From: an uncultured bacterium
GTDB lineage: Bacteria > Krumholzibacteriota > Krumholzibacteriia > LZORAL124-64-63
Assembly: GCA_963727525.1 (NCBI GenBank)
Contig: CAVSGO010000007.1
Span: 1,568,001 to 1,632,000 of the forward strand
DNA length: 64,000 bases
Direction: 5' to 3'
Of the stretch, positions 9,186 to 19,173 are shown piece after piece; positions within the stretch are counted from its first letter, which is position 1, and the number at the start of each line of letters is the position of its first letter. The notes under the pieces are model-generated. The model ran no database searches and was not told the origin of the DNA. It was given only the letters and a program-made list of their open reading frames with translations. The position numbers were made by a program, and so were the translations under genes.

Positions 9186-10514
9186 GTGACGCCGACAGCT
9201 TCCGTCTCTCGCCTCTCATGGCGCCCCTGGCGCTGGTCCCTGCACTGGCAGATCCTGCTCGCGCTCGGCCTGGCGGTGGTGACAGGTCGGCTGTTGCCGC
9301 AGGACGCCCAGGTCCTCGGTGTCCACCCGGCCGACATCTACGAATTCGTCGGCATGCTCTTCCTGCGCGGCTTGAAGATGGTGATCGTGCCCCTGATCGC
9401 GGGATCGATCATCTCCGGCGTGGCCGGCGTGGGCGCCGGCCATTCGCTCGGGCGCATGTTCGGCAAGACGTTCGCCTGGTACGTGTCCACGAGCCTGCTG
9501 GCCACCCTCACGGGGTTGCTGCTCGTCAACGTGATCCGCCCGGGGCTGAGCCATGGCGTACCGGTCGGGCCCGCGCTCGGCCTCGACGCGCAGGCCGCGG
9601 CGCGAGCGGCCGACCTGGGCGGCAAGGGCGCCGGGGACCTCGTGCACATCCTGGTGCGCATGATCCCCGAGAATCCGCTCGCCGCGGCGGCGGGCGGCGA
9701 GATGCTCTCGCTGATCTTCTTCTGCCTGGTGTACGGCGCCGCCGTGACGCAGCTTCCGGCGGCCGCGCGCGAGCGCCACCTCGCATTCTGGGAGGCGCTG
9801 TTCCAGGTGATGATGCGCATCACCAGCTGGGTGATCGCCTGCGCGCCCGTGGGGATCTTCGGACTCGTGGCCCACGTGGTGGCCACGAGCGGTTTCGCGG
9901 CCTTCGGCCCGCTGGCCCGGTATGGCCTGACCGTGCTGCTGGCGTTGGCGATCCATGCCGCGCTGACGCTGCCGCTGCTGATCGCGTCCTTGACCCGCCT
10001 GCCGCCCCATCGCCACGTCCGTGCCATGGCGCCCGCCCTGCTGACAGCGTTTTCCACCCGCAGCAGCTCGGCGACCCTGCCGCTCACTATCCAGCGCGTA
10101 GAGACCGGTGCCGGTGTCAGCAACCGCGTCTCGAGCTTCATGCTGCCGCTCGGCGCGACGATCAACATGGACGGTACCGCCCTGTACGAATGCGTGGCGG
10201 TGCTGTTCATCGCCCAGGCGTATGGTGTCTCGCTCTCCGTGGTGGCGCAGGGCATCGTGGTCGTGACGGCCCTGCTGGCCAGCATCGGCGCGGCAGGCAT
10301 TCCCGCGGCCGGCCTGGTGATGATGTCGATCATTCTCGAGGCCGTGGGCTTGCCGCTGGAGGGCGTCGCCCTGATCCTGGCCATCGACCCCGTGCTCGAC
10401 ATGTGCCGCACCACCGTCAACGTGTGGAGCGACGCCTGCGGCGCTCTAGTCGTCGCGTCCAGCGAGGGCGAGACGGGTCTGCTGGATGCAACGTCCCCCC
10501 CGCCGGCCACGTAG
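9186..10514 (+). CDS. Dicarboxylate/amino acid:cation symporter (DAACS, GltP/GltT family)
   Basis: AFSTRSSSATLP, PLGATINMDGTALY, LASIGAAGIP, LDMCRTTVNVWSD. Confidence 0.92.
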   Translation: MTPTASVSRLSWRPWRWSLHWQILLALGLAVVTGRLLPQDAQVLGVHPADIYEFVGMLFLRGLKMVIVPLIAGSIISGVAGVGAGHSLGRMFGKTFAWYVSTSLLATLTGLLLVNVIRPGLSHGVPVGPALGLDAQAAARAADLGGKGAGDLVHILVRMIPENPLAAAAGGEMLSLIFFCLVYGAAVTQLPAAARERHLAFWEALFQVMMRITSWVIACAPVGIFGLVAHVVATSGFAAFGPLARYGLTVLLALAIHAALTLPLLIASLTRLPPHRHVRAMAPALLTAFSTRSSSATLPLTIQRVETGAGVSNRVSSFMLPLGATINMDGTALYECVAVLFIAQAYGVSLSVVAQGIVVVTALLASIGAAGIPAAGLVMMSIILEAVGLPLEGVALILAIDPVLDMCRTTVNVWSDACGALVVASSEGETGLLDATSPPPAT

Positions 10515-10556
10515 AGAGGGAACCCCTAGCCCGGACGCTGCGAAAGGACCTTGTCG

Positions 10557-11216
10557 ATGCAAGCACCGCCGTACGACACCCCGGATCCGGGCCTCGCCGA
10601 CCCGCTGCGCGTCCCGCCGTGGGAGGACCGCGGCCGCTACGGTCTGCTCAACGCTCTGTACCTGACGATCAAGGAGGTGCTCTCGGCCCCGGGGACCTTC
10701 TTCGCGCGCATGCCGACCGGGGTGGGAATGACGCAACCCTTCCTCTTCGCGATCGTGATGGGCGCCCTCGAAGCCTTCTGCATCTGGCTCTGGAGTTTCG
10801 GCAACGGCAATCTGCCCCTCTTCGCGCACATGCGTCTGCTGGCATTCCTGTCCGGACCGTTCGTGGCCGGCGTCCGTTTCGTGCTGAGCCCGCTCATCGC
10901 CGCGCTCACCCTCCTCATCTGTGCCACCGTGGTGCACGGTTGCCTGCTCATCGTCGGGGGCAACCGGCTGGGCTTCGAGGCCACGGCGCGGGTGATTGCC
11001 TACGCGCGGGCCGCGGGCGTGGTGGCCATGCTCCCGATCTGCGGCGGCAGCCTGGCCATCGTCTGGGCCGTGGGCATCGCCATCGTCGGCCTCGCGCGCA
11101 TCCACGGCGCGGAACCCTGGCGCGCCCTGGTCGCCGTCCTCGTGCCCGCCCTCCTGGTGCTGACGATCGGAGCATTCGGGCTCGCCGTCGTCGCCGCCAT
11201 GGGGCTCGTGCACTGA
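10557..11216 (+). CDS. YIP1-family membrane protein
   Basis: PPWEDR...TIKEVLSAPGTFFARM, GFEATARVIAY, GLARIH; about 5 TM segments. Confidence 0.7.
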   Translation: MQAPPYDTPDPGLADPLRVPPWEDRGRYGLLNALYLTIKEVLSAPGTFFARMPTGVGMTQPFLFAIVMGALEAFCIWLWSFGNGNLPLFAHMRLLAFLSGPFVAGVRFVLSPLIAALTLLICATVVHGCLLIVGGNRLGFEATARVIAYARAAGVVAMLPICGGSLAIVWAVGIAIVGLARIHGAEPWRALVAVLVPALLVLTIGAFGLAVVAAMGLVH

Positions 11217-11635
11217 TGCCCGCCCGACCCGTATCCGCAAACCGTCCCTGGCTGCGGCCGGCACTTCTCGCCGCGACCGGCTGTGGTGCCGTGGCTCTGG
11301 CGCTGCTGCGCTGGCAACCGAGGCTGGTGGCGCTCGTCACGCCTGGCGGCGGCCGGTGTCCGCTGCGGGCGCTGGTCCACGTGCCGTGCCCCACCTGCGG
11401 CGGCACCCGGGCGGCGCTCGCTCTCGCCCACGCCGACGTCACCACGGCCTGGCGCGCCAATCCGTCGCTCACCGCTCTCGTGCTTGGCGCCAGCGTGGCT
11501 GCCGCCTGGGCGCTGCTGACGCCCCGGTGGGCTCGGTGGCGAGGCGCGCCGGCGGTGCGGCCGCGCGCGCTGGTCGGGATCGGTCTGGGTCTGGCGCTGG
11601 TCGGCTGGATGTTCCAGATCGCCGCGTACCGCTGA
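11216..11635 (+). CDS. DUF2752-family membrane protein
   Basis: CPLRALVHVPCPTCGGTRA...AWRANP motif; TGATG coupling to the YIP1 gene. Confidence 0.8.
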   Translation: MPARPVSANRPWLRPALLAATGCGAVALALLRWQPRLVALVTPGGGRCPLRALVHVPCPTCGGTRAALALAHADVTTAWRANPSLTALVLGASVAAAWALLTPRWARWRGAPAVRPRALVGIGLGLALVGWMFQIAAYR

Positions 11636-11644
11636 CCTCTCGCG

Positions 11645-12790
11645 TCAGGCGATCTCCTGCAGGACGCGCCGCGCAATCACCAGCCGCTGGATCTCGCTCG
11701 TCCCCTCGTAGATCCGCGTGACGCGGACGTCGCGGTAGTACCGCTCGATCGGGTACTCCTTGACGTAGCCATAGCCACCGTGGATCTGCAGGGCGCGGTC
11801 GGCCGCGCGGCCCGCGGCCTCGCTCGCGCAAAGCTTGGCCATGGCCGCTTCCTTGTTGCACGGTTTGCCCTGGTCCTTGAGCCACGCGGCCCGCAAGGCG
11901 AGGAGCCGGGCGGCGTCGAGCTCGGTGGCCGAGTCGGCGATCATCTCCATGAGCACGGGCTGGTCGGCCAGCCGCTTGCCGAACTGCTCGCGCTGCTTCG
12001 CGTAGGCTACCGCCTCCGCGAGGCAGGCGCGTCCGATGCCGAGCGCCTGGAACGCCACGCCGATACGGCCGCCGTCGAGAGCCGTCATCGCCACCTTGAA
12101 GCCTTCGCCCTCCTCGCCGAGGCGCTGCGCGACGGGCACGCGCGCCCCGTCCAGGGCGATCACCACCGTGTCGCTGGCGCGCAGGCCCAGCTTGTCCTCC
12201 TTCTTGGCGACCGTCAGCCCCGGGGTGTCGCGCTCCACCAGGAATGCGTGGATACCCCGGTGTCCGGTGCTGCCGGGTGCGCGCGCCACGATCATGTAGA
12301 AGGCGGCGCGCGCGCCGTTGGTCACCCAGCACTTCGAACCGTCGAGGACATAGGCATCGCCGTCGCGGCGGGCGGAGGTCACGAGCGCGGCGGCGTCGCT
12401 GCCGGCTCCCGGTTCGCTGACGCAGAAGGCGGCGATCTCGCCGGCGGCCATGCGCGGCAGGTAGGCGGCCTTCGTGGCCTCGTTGCCGAACATGGCCACG
12501 GGATAGAAACCCACGCTGTTGTGCACGGTGACCATGATACACACGCCCGCGCTCACGCGGGCAAGCTCCTCGACCACGAGGCCGTAGGAGACGGTATCCA
12601 GGCCGAGTCCGCCATGGGCTTCGGGGAAGGTGAGTCCGAAGAAGCCGGCCTCCCGCATCTTTGTCACGAGATCGGCCGGGATCTCGGCTTCCATGTCCAT
12701 CTGGTGAGCCAGGGGCGCGATCTCCTTGCGCGCAAAATCGCGTACCATCTCGCGCATCATGGTCTGGGTCTCGGTGAATGTGAAGTCCAT
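11645..12790 (-). CDS. Acyl-CoA dehydrogenase (short/branched-chain type)
   Basis: FCVSEPGAGSDA, LDGSKCWVTNG, KLGLRAS, QIHGGYGY, RIYEGTSEIQR. Confidence 0.93.
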   Translation of the reverse strand: MDFTFTETQTMMREMVRDFARKEIAPLAHQMDMEAEIPADLVTKMREAGFFGLTFPEAHGGLGLDTVSYGLVVEELARVSAGVCIMVTVHNSVGFYPVAMFGNEATKAAYLPRMAAGEIAAFCVSEPGAGSDAAALVTSARRDGDAYVLDGSKCWVTNGARAAFYMIVARAPGSTGHRGIHAFLVERDTPGLTVAKKEDKLGLRASDTVVIALDGARVPVAQRLGEEGEGFKVAMTALDGGRIGVAFQALGIGRACLAEAVAYAKQREQFGKRLADQPVLMEMIADSATELDAARLLALRAAWLKDQGKPCNKEAAMAKLCASEAAGRAADRALQIHGGYGYVKEYPIERYYRDVRVTRIYEGTSEIQRLVIARRVLQEIA

Positions 12791-12809
12791 GCTGTCCTCG
12801 CGGCTGCGG

Positions 12810-13652
12810 TCAGTCGTAGTCGTAGAAACCCTTGCCGGTCTTGCGTCCGAGATGGCCGGCGGCCACCATCCGGCGCAGCAGAGGACACGGACGGTACTTG
12901 CTGTCGCCCAGCCCCTCGTGCAACACCTCCATGATGTCCAGGCAGATGTCCAGGCCGATGAGGTCGGCGAGCGTGAGCGGGCCCATGGGATGCGCCATGC
13001 CCAGCTTCATGACCGTATCGATGGCCTCGCGATCGGCCACGCCCTCCATGAGACAGAACACCGCCTCGTTGATCATGGGCATGAGTACGCGGTTGGAGAT
13101 GAAGCCGGGATAATCCTCGACCACGACCGGCGTCTTGCCGAGGGCGCGCGACACCTCCATGACGAATCCCAGCGTATCCTCGCCGGTGGCCTGCCCGCGT
13201 ACGACCTCCACCAGCTTCATCACCGGCACCGGGTTCATGAAGTGCATGCCGATGACCTTCTCGGGGCGACGCGTGGCCGCGGCGATGCGCGTGATCGAGA
13301 TGCTGCTGGTGTTCGACGCGAGCACCGTATCGACCGGGCAGATCGTGTCGAGCTGCTGGAAGATCTCTCGCTTCACGCCGAAATCCTCGAACACCGCCTC
13401 CACGGCCAGCTCGGCCGTCTTGCACGCCGTCATCTCGGTGGTGAAGGCCAGACGCGCCAGCACGGCCTCGGCGTCGGCCGCCGTGAGCATCTCCTTCTTC
13501 ACCTGGCGCTGGAGATTCTTGTCGATGGCCCCCCGCGCGCGGTCGAGCGCGGCGTCGTTGACGTCGACCATCGTCGTGGCATGACCGTACTGCGCGAAGA
13601 CGTGCGCGATGCCGTTGCCCATCGTGCCGCCACCGATCACTGCGACCTTCAT
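12810..13652 (-). CDS. hbd: 3-hydroxybutyryl-CoA dehydrogenase
   Basis: [41 protein letters not shown]. Confidence 0.92.
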   Translation of the reverse strand: MKVAVIGGGTMGNGIAHVFAQYGHATTMVDVNDAALDRARGAIDKNLQRQVKKEMLTAADAEAVLARLAFTTEMTACKTAELAVEAVFEDFGVKREIFQQLDTICPVDTVLASNTSSISITRIAAATRRPEKVIGMHFMNPVPVMKLVEVVRGQATGEDTLGFVMEVSRALGKTPVVVEDYPGFISNRVLMPMINEAVFCLMEGVADREAIDTVMKLGMAHPMGPLTLADLIGLDICLDIMEVLHEGLGDSKYRPCPLLRRMVAAGHLGRKTGKGFYDYD

Positions 13653-13725
13653 CGCCTACCCCTTCCCGTTGGTACCCGGCCGTGGCCGGCAGTTGTCTTC
13701 GACGATCCCGCGGTGCGCGGCCCCG

Positions 13726-14916
13726 TCACGGCCGTTCGATGGTGAGCGCCACGGCATCGCCGCCACCGAGGCAGAGCGTCGCCAGGCCCCGCTTGCGATC
13801 TTCATCCTCGAGGGCGTGCAGCAGCGTGACCAGGATGCGCGCGCCCGAGCAGCCGATGGGATGCCCGAGGCTCACGCCGCCGCCGCGCACGTTGGTGCGA
13901 TGCGGGTCGAGCTTCAGCTCGCGCATCACGGCCACCGCCTGGGCGGCGAAGGCCTCGTTGACCTCCACCAGGTCGTAGTCGTCGACAGACGTGTCCGTGC
14001 GGCGCAGCAGATTGCCCACCGCCGTCACCGGCGCCATCATCACCTGCTTGGGCTCCACGGCCCCGGTCGCATAGGCCACGACCTGTGCCCGGAGGGGCAA
14101 ACCGTGTTCGCGGGCAAATCCTTCCTCGCAGACGAGGAGAGCGGCCGCACCATCGTTGATGGTGGAGGCGTTGCCCGCAGTGACGCTGCCGCCGTCGCGC
14201 TTGAAGGCAGGACGCAACTTCGCCAGCGACTCGCGATTCACGTCGTCACGCGGCCCTTCGTCGCGCTCCACGATCACGGGGTCGCCCTTGCGCTGCGGCA
14301 CCGCCACCGGCACGACCTCGCGCGCGAAGGCGCCATTGACCCAGGCCGCCACCGCGCGGCGATGGCTCTCGGCCGCGAAGACGTCCTGCTCCTCGCGCGA
14401 CACACCGTAGGTATCGACAACCCACTCCGCCGTCATACCCATGTGGAAGTTGTTGTACACGTCCCACAGCCCGTCGTTCACGAGCAGGTCGACGATCTTG
14501 CCGTCTCCCAGGCGCAGACCGTCGCGCGCGCCCGGCAACGCGTACGGGATGTTGCTCATGCTCTCGAATCCGCCGGCGAGGATGCAGCGCGCGTCGCCGG
14601 CACGGATGGCCTGGGCCGCCAGGGCCACGGCCTTCAGACCCGAACCGCACACCTTGTTGATGGTCATGGCGCTCACGCCGACGGGCACGCCGCCGAAGAT
14701 CGCCGCCTGCCGCGCCGGATTCTGGTGCTGTCCGGCTTGCACCACGTTGCCCAGGATCACCTCGTCGAGCAGCGACGGATCGAGTCCGCTGCGCTCGAGG
14801 ACGGCCTTGACGGCCTGCGCACCGAGTTCCGGGGCCCGCAGGGGCGCCAGTGCGCCCTGGAAACGGCCGATGGGGGTGCGAACGGCTTCACAGATCACCA
14901 CGCGCATCTCGCTCAC
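13726..14916 (-). CDS. Acetyl-CoA C-acetyltransferase (thiolase)
   Basis: [43 protein letters not shown]. Confidence 0.93.
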   Translation of the reverse strand: MSEMRVVICEAVRTPIGRFQGALAPLRAPELGAQAVKAVLERSGLDPSLLDEVILGNVVQAGQHQNPARQAAIFGGVPVGVSAMTINKVCGSGLKAVALAAQAIRAGDARCILAGGFESMSNIPYALPGARDGLRLGDGKIVDLLVNDGLWDVYNNFHMGMTAEWVVDTYGVSREEQDVFAAESHRRAVAAWVNGAFAREVVPVAVPQRKGDPVIVERDEGPRDDVNRESLAKLRPAFKRDGGSVTAGNASTINDGAAALLVCEEGFAREHGLPLRAQVVAYATGAVEPKQVMMAPVTAVGNLLRRTDTSVDDYDLVEVNEAFAAQAVAVMRELKLDPHRTNVRGGGVSLGHPIGCSGARILVTLLHALEDEDRKRGLATLCLGGGDAVALTIERP

Positions 14917-14955
14917 GATCACTCCTTCGCCAGGCCGCGCCCACGACGGGGCCGC

Positions 14956-15030
14956 GGCGGTGAGTTCTCTGCATATCAACCCCAAGGAAACCATCAACAT
15001 GGGGTCTGATGCAAATGAAACCTCACCGTC
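14956..15030. promoter_or_regulatory. Long imperfect inverted repeat upstream of the thiolase operon
   Basis: Nested pairs CGGTGAG/CTCACCG, TTC/GAA, TGCA/TGCA, TCA/TGA and ACCCCA/TGGGGT around a 15-nt loop. Confidence 0.5.
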
Positions 15031-15300
15031 AGGAAGGCCTGGTCACGGCGGTGGCCGGGCGACGCGATCAGATCGCGGGAATAGGGACGATCCGGTGGGC
15101 GTCAGCGTGGGCGCGACGTGCGGCGGAGAACCGTGCCGCCGATGCGCCGCGTCCATGGGCGACCCCTCGCGACGGGCGCTGGAAACACGTCCTCGGCCTG
15201 CCGACACGTGGGCAAGCCGGGGACGCGCGCGAGTGAGTGCCGGTCGGCGAGACCTACGGACGAGGATGCGGCCCGACGATCGGCGCGGACCCCGGCAAGC

Positions 15301-15939
15301 CTAGAGAAAGCCGGATTTCACCGCCCCCCAGGTGGCCGACTCGACCGGCGTGCCCTGTTCGCAGAGATTCGGCAGACCGGGGCTCGGCTCGCAGCCCGTT
15401 CCCGACGGCGGCACGTCGCCCCCGTAGGGATCGAGCCCATCGAACAGCGTCCAGGTCCCCGACGGACCCACGCCGCTGGACCGATCGGGCGCGCCCTCGT
15501 GCGGCAGGTAGGTGCGCTCGTCGACGACGAGATACTGCGTGGGATCCGCCGGATCGACGATCATCAGCGCGACGGTATCCCCCGCGTTGTTGAGGCTCAG
15601 ACCGGACGAGCCGGCATCATGCGCCTCCTGCCAGGCGACAGCGTCGGAACCGTAGAATACGGCCGTCGCTCCAGGCGCCAGGGTGCCGAAGAGATTCAGG
15701 TGCGGCGCGTCGCCGGTGCCGTCGCGCAGATAGTAGGCGGCGAGGTCGACCGGTGAAGCCCCCGTGTTGGCAACCTCGACCCATTCGTCGAGTCGGGAGT
15801 CGGCCTCGCCATCGCCGTTCCAGTCGAGCGTGGGGCCGGCGAGGATCTCGTTGATGATGACCTGCGCGCCGGCGGGGACGGTCGCGGCGAGCAGCAGGAA
15901 GAGGGCGAGGCCCAGGGAACACCAGGCACGATGCGTCAC
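15301..15939 (-). CDS. Secreted lamin-tail-domain protein with C-terminal TWGAVKSGFL tail
   Basis: Signal peptide ...VPAGA|QVIINEIL, DWNGDG, DEWVEVAN...VDL, LSLNNAGDTVAL, PSPGLPN. Confidence 0.8.
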   Translation of the reverse strand: MTHRAWCSLGLALFLLLAATVPAGAQVIINEILAGPTLDWNGDGEADSRLDEWVEVANTGASPVDLAAYYLRDGTGDAPHLNLFGTLAPGATAVFYGSDAVAWQEAHDAGSSGLSLNNAGDTVALMIVDPADPTQYLVVDERTYLPHEGAPDRSSGVGPSGTWTLFDGLDPYGGDVPPSGTGCEPSPGLPNLCEQGTPVESATWGAVKSGFL

Positions 15940-16120
15940 GTGCTTGCTCCTTCCGGGAGGTCTTCGGTACGATGGGCGGACGGCGCCGCCCCGGAGCGAC
16001 TGCGGTTGCACGTGGCGCGCCAGATGATCGCCACCGACCGCCGGCCTCGCGAGACCGCGATTTCGTGACCATGCGGCGCGGCGATGTCCGGACAGGCCAC
16101 GAGGAAGGAGTCAACCGCGG

Positions 16121-17098
16121 ATGACGCTCACCATCGGTGTCGTCGGCGCCGGGACACACGGCGCCCGCTACCTCCGCCACGCCGCGCACGACGTGCCGGG
16201 CCTGCAGCCCGTGGCGCTCTGCCGACGCGGTCGCACGGCCGGCGAGGCGCTGGCCACGGAACTGGGTTGCCGCTGGTACGGCGATGCCGCGGACCTCATC
16301 GCCGATCCCGAGGTGGCGGCCGTAGTCGTTGCCACGCCGCCTGCCTCGCATCACGAGCTGGCTCGCGCGACCCTGGCGGCCGGCAAGCCCTTGCTGCTCG
16401 AGAAGCCCATGACCGGCACGCTCGACGAGGCACGCGACCTCGCCGCGCTGGCCGCCCGGCCGGGCGCGCCGCCGATCATGGTGGCGCAGACGCTGCGCTG
16501 GAATCCGGTGCTCAAGCGGGCCCGCGCGCTGGTCCCGCGCCTGGGCCGCATCCACCTGATCCGCCTCGCGCAGCGTCTCGCGCCGACCTCGCTGGCCTGG
16601 CAGCGCGAGAGGGCCGTCACCGTGGGGGGCTCGGTGCTGCTCACGGGGGTCCACCTCTTCGATCTTGCACGCTGGCTCAGCGGGCGCGAATTCGTGTGGG
16701 TCGCGTCACGGCAGCGGCAGATCCTGAACCCCGTGGTGGAGGACCTCTTCCTCGCGCATGGGGAAATGGACGACGGCTGCTGGGTGAGCCTCGAGGTGAC
16801 GAAGGTGACGCAGAGCCGCGCGGCGTGGCTGGAGATCGTGGGCGAGGCGGGCCAGCTCCAGGCCGACTACCTGGACGGGGGAATCGTCTTGCGCCGCGGC
16901 CGCGACGAGACACGCGAGAACGTGTCGGCGCACGTGCCGACCCTGCCTGCCGTGCTCACCACGTGGCGCGACGTCGTCCAGGGGCGGGCGCCGCTGGCCG
17001 TCTCGGTGACCGATGGCCTGCGCACGCTCGAGGTGGTGGAGGCCTGCTACCGCTCGCACGCCGCCGGCGGCGCGCCATGTTCCCTCGACGCGCTCTGA
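16121..17098 (+). CDS. Gfo/Idh/MocA family oxidoreductase
   Basis: IGVVGAG, VATPPASH, LLEKPM, GGSVLLTGVHLFDL. Confidence 0.88.
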   Translation: MTLTIGVVGAGTHGARYLRHAAHDVPGLQPVALCRRGRTAGEALATELGCRWYGDAADLIADPEVAAVVVATPPASHHELARATLAAGKPLLLEKPMTGTLDEARDLAALAARPGAPPIMVAQTLRWNPVLKRARALVPRLGRIHLIRLAQRLAPTSLAWQRERAVTVGGSVLLTGVHLFDLARWLSGREFVWVASRQRQILNPVVEDLFLAHGEMDDGCWVSLEVTKVTQSRAAWLEIVGEAGQLQADYLDGGIVLRRGRDETRENVSAHVPTLPAVLTTWRDVVQGRAPLAVSVTDGLRTLEVVEACYRSHAAGGAPCSLDAL

Positions 17099-19173
17099 GC
17101 CGCGGGTAGCGTGATGCGGCAGTGCGAGCCGCCGCGGCGCGATGTCCGCGGGGTGAAACCGCCGTCGAGCATGCCCGTGACCAGATCGTGCACCAGGCGC
17201 GTGCCGAATGTCGGCCGGGTGGACATCGGGCGGTCACCGGTGTCGTCGTATTCGATCACGATGTCGTCACCGTGTCGGCGCGCACGCACGTGGATCTCCC
17301 CCACGAGCAGGTCCTGGCAGGCGTGATCCAGCGAGTCGTTGACCAGGCGTGACACGAGCAGGTCGAGCTGCGCGGGATCCGCGCGCAGCGCGAGACCGGT
17401 CGGACAATCCACACTGATGACGACGTGGCGATCCTGGCAGCGCGCCTGCAGCGGCGCCACCGCATCGGCGAGGCAGGCGCCGAGATCGACGGTGACTGGA
17501 GTGGCCACGAGACCGTCCAGCAAGAGGCGCACCGCCGTCGCCTGCTCCTGCGCCACCATGCGCTCCCATGTGCGCTCCGTGACCTCGAGCAGGGCCCCGA
17601 AAGCTTCGTCGCGCTGCCGGCGCGCCGTCTGTGCCTTGCGCTCCGACTCCCACACCCGGGTCGCCGCGCGTTGCTCGCTCTGCCGGTGGGCGGTGACGTC
17701 CTGCACGATCTGCACGCACCCCACGAGGGCGCCGGTTCCATCGCGCAGGGGCTGGGCCGTGAGTTGGAGGTAGGCCTCCACGCCGTCGCGCAGACCCGGC
17801 ACGTGGACCTCGCGGGTCCGGCGCGCGTCGATGGGTATGCCCGCCTGCGCGTCAGCCACGAGCGCGTGCGCGTCGGCGAGCAATAAGGCGAGTCCATCGC
17901 GGCCATCGTCTGCGCCAGCCACCGACGCGGCGATCCCCGTGAGCTCCTCGAGTGCCGGATTGCAGGCCACGATCGCGCCCTGCATGTCGATCACGCACGC
18001 GGGATCGGGCAGCAGCTCGACGATGCCGAGCAGACGCCGGTTGGCGTCGTGGAGGCGTTGTGCGGCCGTATCGCGTTGCATGGCCTGCAGACATATCTCG
18101 GCGATGGACTCGAAGAGGTCGAGCTCCCGATCGTCCCACTCGCGCCGTTGCCCGAGCACCTCGCAGCCGAGCAAGCCGACGACACGACCCTCGCTGCGCA
18201 GCGGCACAGCCATGACCGCCGTGATCCCCTGACGGGTCCAGCGATCGCGCTCGACCCAGGCGCCGGCCGGCAGCGAATGCACGTCGGTGATCCGCACGCA
18301 ATCGCCCCGCTCGAAACGCTCCTGCAACCACGGGTACTCATCCAGCCCGGGCAGCACCTGGTCCTCGGCAAGCGGCGTCACGCCGTCGGCGTACCAGAGT
18401 TGACGGCTCTCGAGCCGGCCCCCGGCCGCGCTGATGCGGTACTGGTAACATCGATCGGCACCGAGAAAGAGCCCAGCCGCCGCGAGTGCGCGCGCCATCG
18501 CGTCGTCGTGCTGCTCGGGCCGCATCTGCGCCAGGTCCTTGAGGATGCCGTGGATGACACCTTCCACCGCGGGCAGCGGCGTGCGAGTCTGCGCGCGCAG
18601 GCTGCGACGTTGCTCGACATCCTGCAGGACGGCGCGCCAGCCCGTGACCTCACCGCGCTCCAGCATGGGCGCCAGATGCAGCGCGACGGCGAGGGCGTCG
18701 CCGCCGGCGCGTCGCAGGTGATAGGTCCGGACCCCGAGTCTGCCGCCGTCACGCGCCGTTTCCAGATCCCTGTTGAGCTGGGGGCGCTCGGTGGGTACGA
18801 GCAGGTCGATCACGTTGAGGCCCTTCTGGAGATCCATCTCGCCATAGCCCGTGATCTGGAAGAACGCGCGGTTGGCGAAGGTCAGAGTCCGGTTCTCGTC
18901 GAGTTCGCAGAGCATGTCCGGCACGATGTCGCCCACGGCCGTGGCCCGCGCGAGGCCCTGTTCCCACACGCGTCCGATCTCGCCCCAGGCCTGCTCGAGA
19001 CTGCGCCGCTGGCGCAGCAGATACCAGCAGCCGGCCAGCATGGCGAGGCAGAGGGCGGTGACGCCGGTGTAGGTGGGCCAGGTCGGCACCGCCCACGGCC
19101 GCAGCATGGCGAGGGGCAAGTTTGCGAGCGAGCTGCATGCCGCTGCGAGGGGACACGAGAATACGAGAAACAT
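17047..19173 (-). CDS. Membrane-anchored PAS-GAF-PAS sensor with degenerate histidine-kinase module
   Basis: One TM helix; PAS (FANRAFFQITGY); GAF (LGADRCY...AVPLRSEGRVVGLLG); PAS (ELLPDPACVID); eroded HATPase_c; no H-box. Start uncertain. Confidence 0.75.
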   Translation of the reverse strand: MFLVFSCPLAAACSSLANLPLAMLRPWAVPTWPTYTGVTALCLAMLAGCWYLLRQRRSLEQAWGEIGRVWEQGLARATAVGDIVPDMLCELDENRTLTFANRAFFQITGYGEMDLQKGLNVIDLLVPTERPQLNRDLETARDGGRLGVRTYHLRRAGGDALAVALHLAPMLERGEVTGWRAVLQDVEQRRSLRAQTRTPLPAVEGVIHGILKDLAQMRPEQHDDAMARALAAAGLFLGADRCYQYRISAAGGRLESRQLWYADGVTPLAEDQVLPGLDEYPWLQERFERGDCVRITDVHSLPAGAWVERDRWTRQGITAVMAVPLRSEGRVVGLLGCEVLGQRREWDDRELDLFESIAEICLQAMQRDTAAQRLHDANRRLLGIVELLPDPACVIDMQGAIVACNPALEELTGIAASVAGADDGRDGLALLLADAHALVADAQAGIPIDARRTREVHVPGLRDGVEAYLQLTAQPLRDGTGALVGCVQIVQDVTAHRQSEQRAATRVWESERKAQTARRQRDEAFGALLEVTERTWERMVAQEQATAVRLLLDGLVATPVTVDLGACLADAVAPLQARCQDRHVVISVDCPTGLALRADPAQLDLLVSRLVNDSLDHACQDLLVGEIHVRARRHGDDIVIEYDDTGDRPMSTRPTFGTRLVHDLVTGMLDGGFTPRTSRRGGSHCRITLPAAQSASREHGAPPAACER

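Noticed and set aside
9218-11215. 805-aa ORF apparently fused to DUF2752
   Set aside because: The upstream part is an Arg/Gly/Pro-rich off-frame reading of the DAACS and YIP1 genes. The real gene starts at the TGATG at 11216.
14956-15030. Possible integron attC site
   Set aside because: No RYYYAAC/GTTRRRY ends, no cassette array and no integrase.
15040-15300. Small ORFs in the thiolase/LTD intergenic gap
   Set aside because: No convincing coding composition or motif; cannot be supported.
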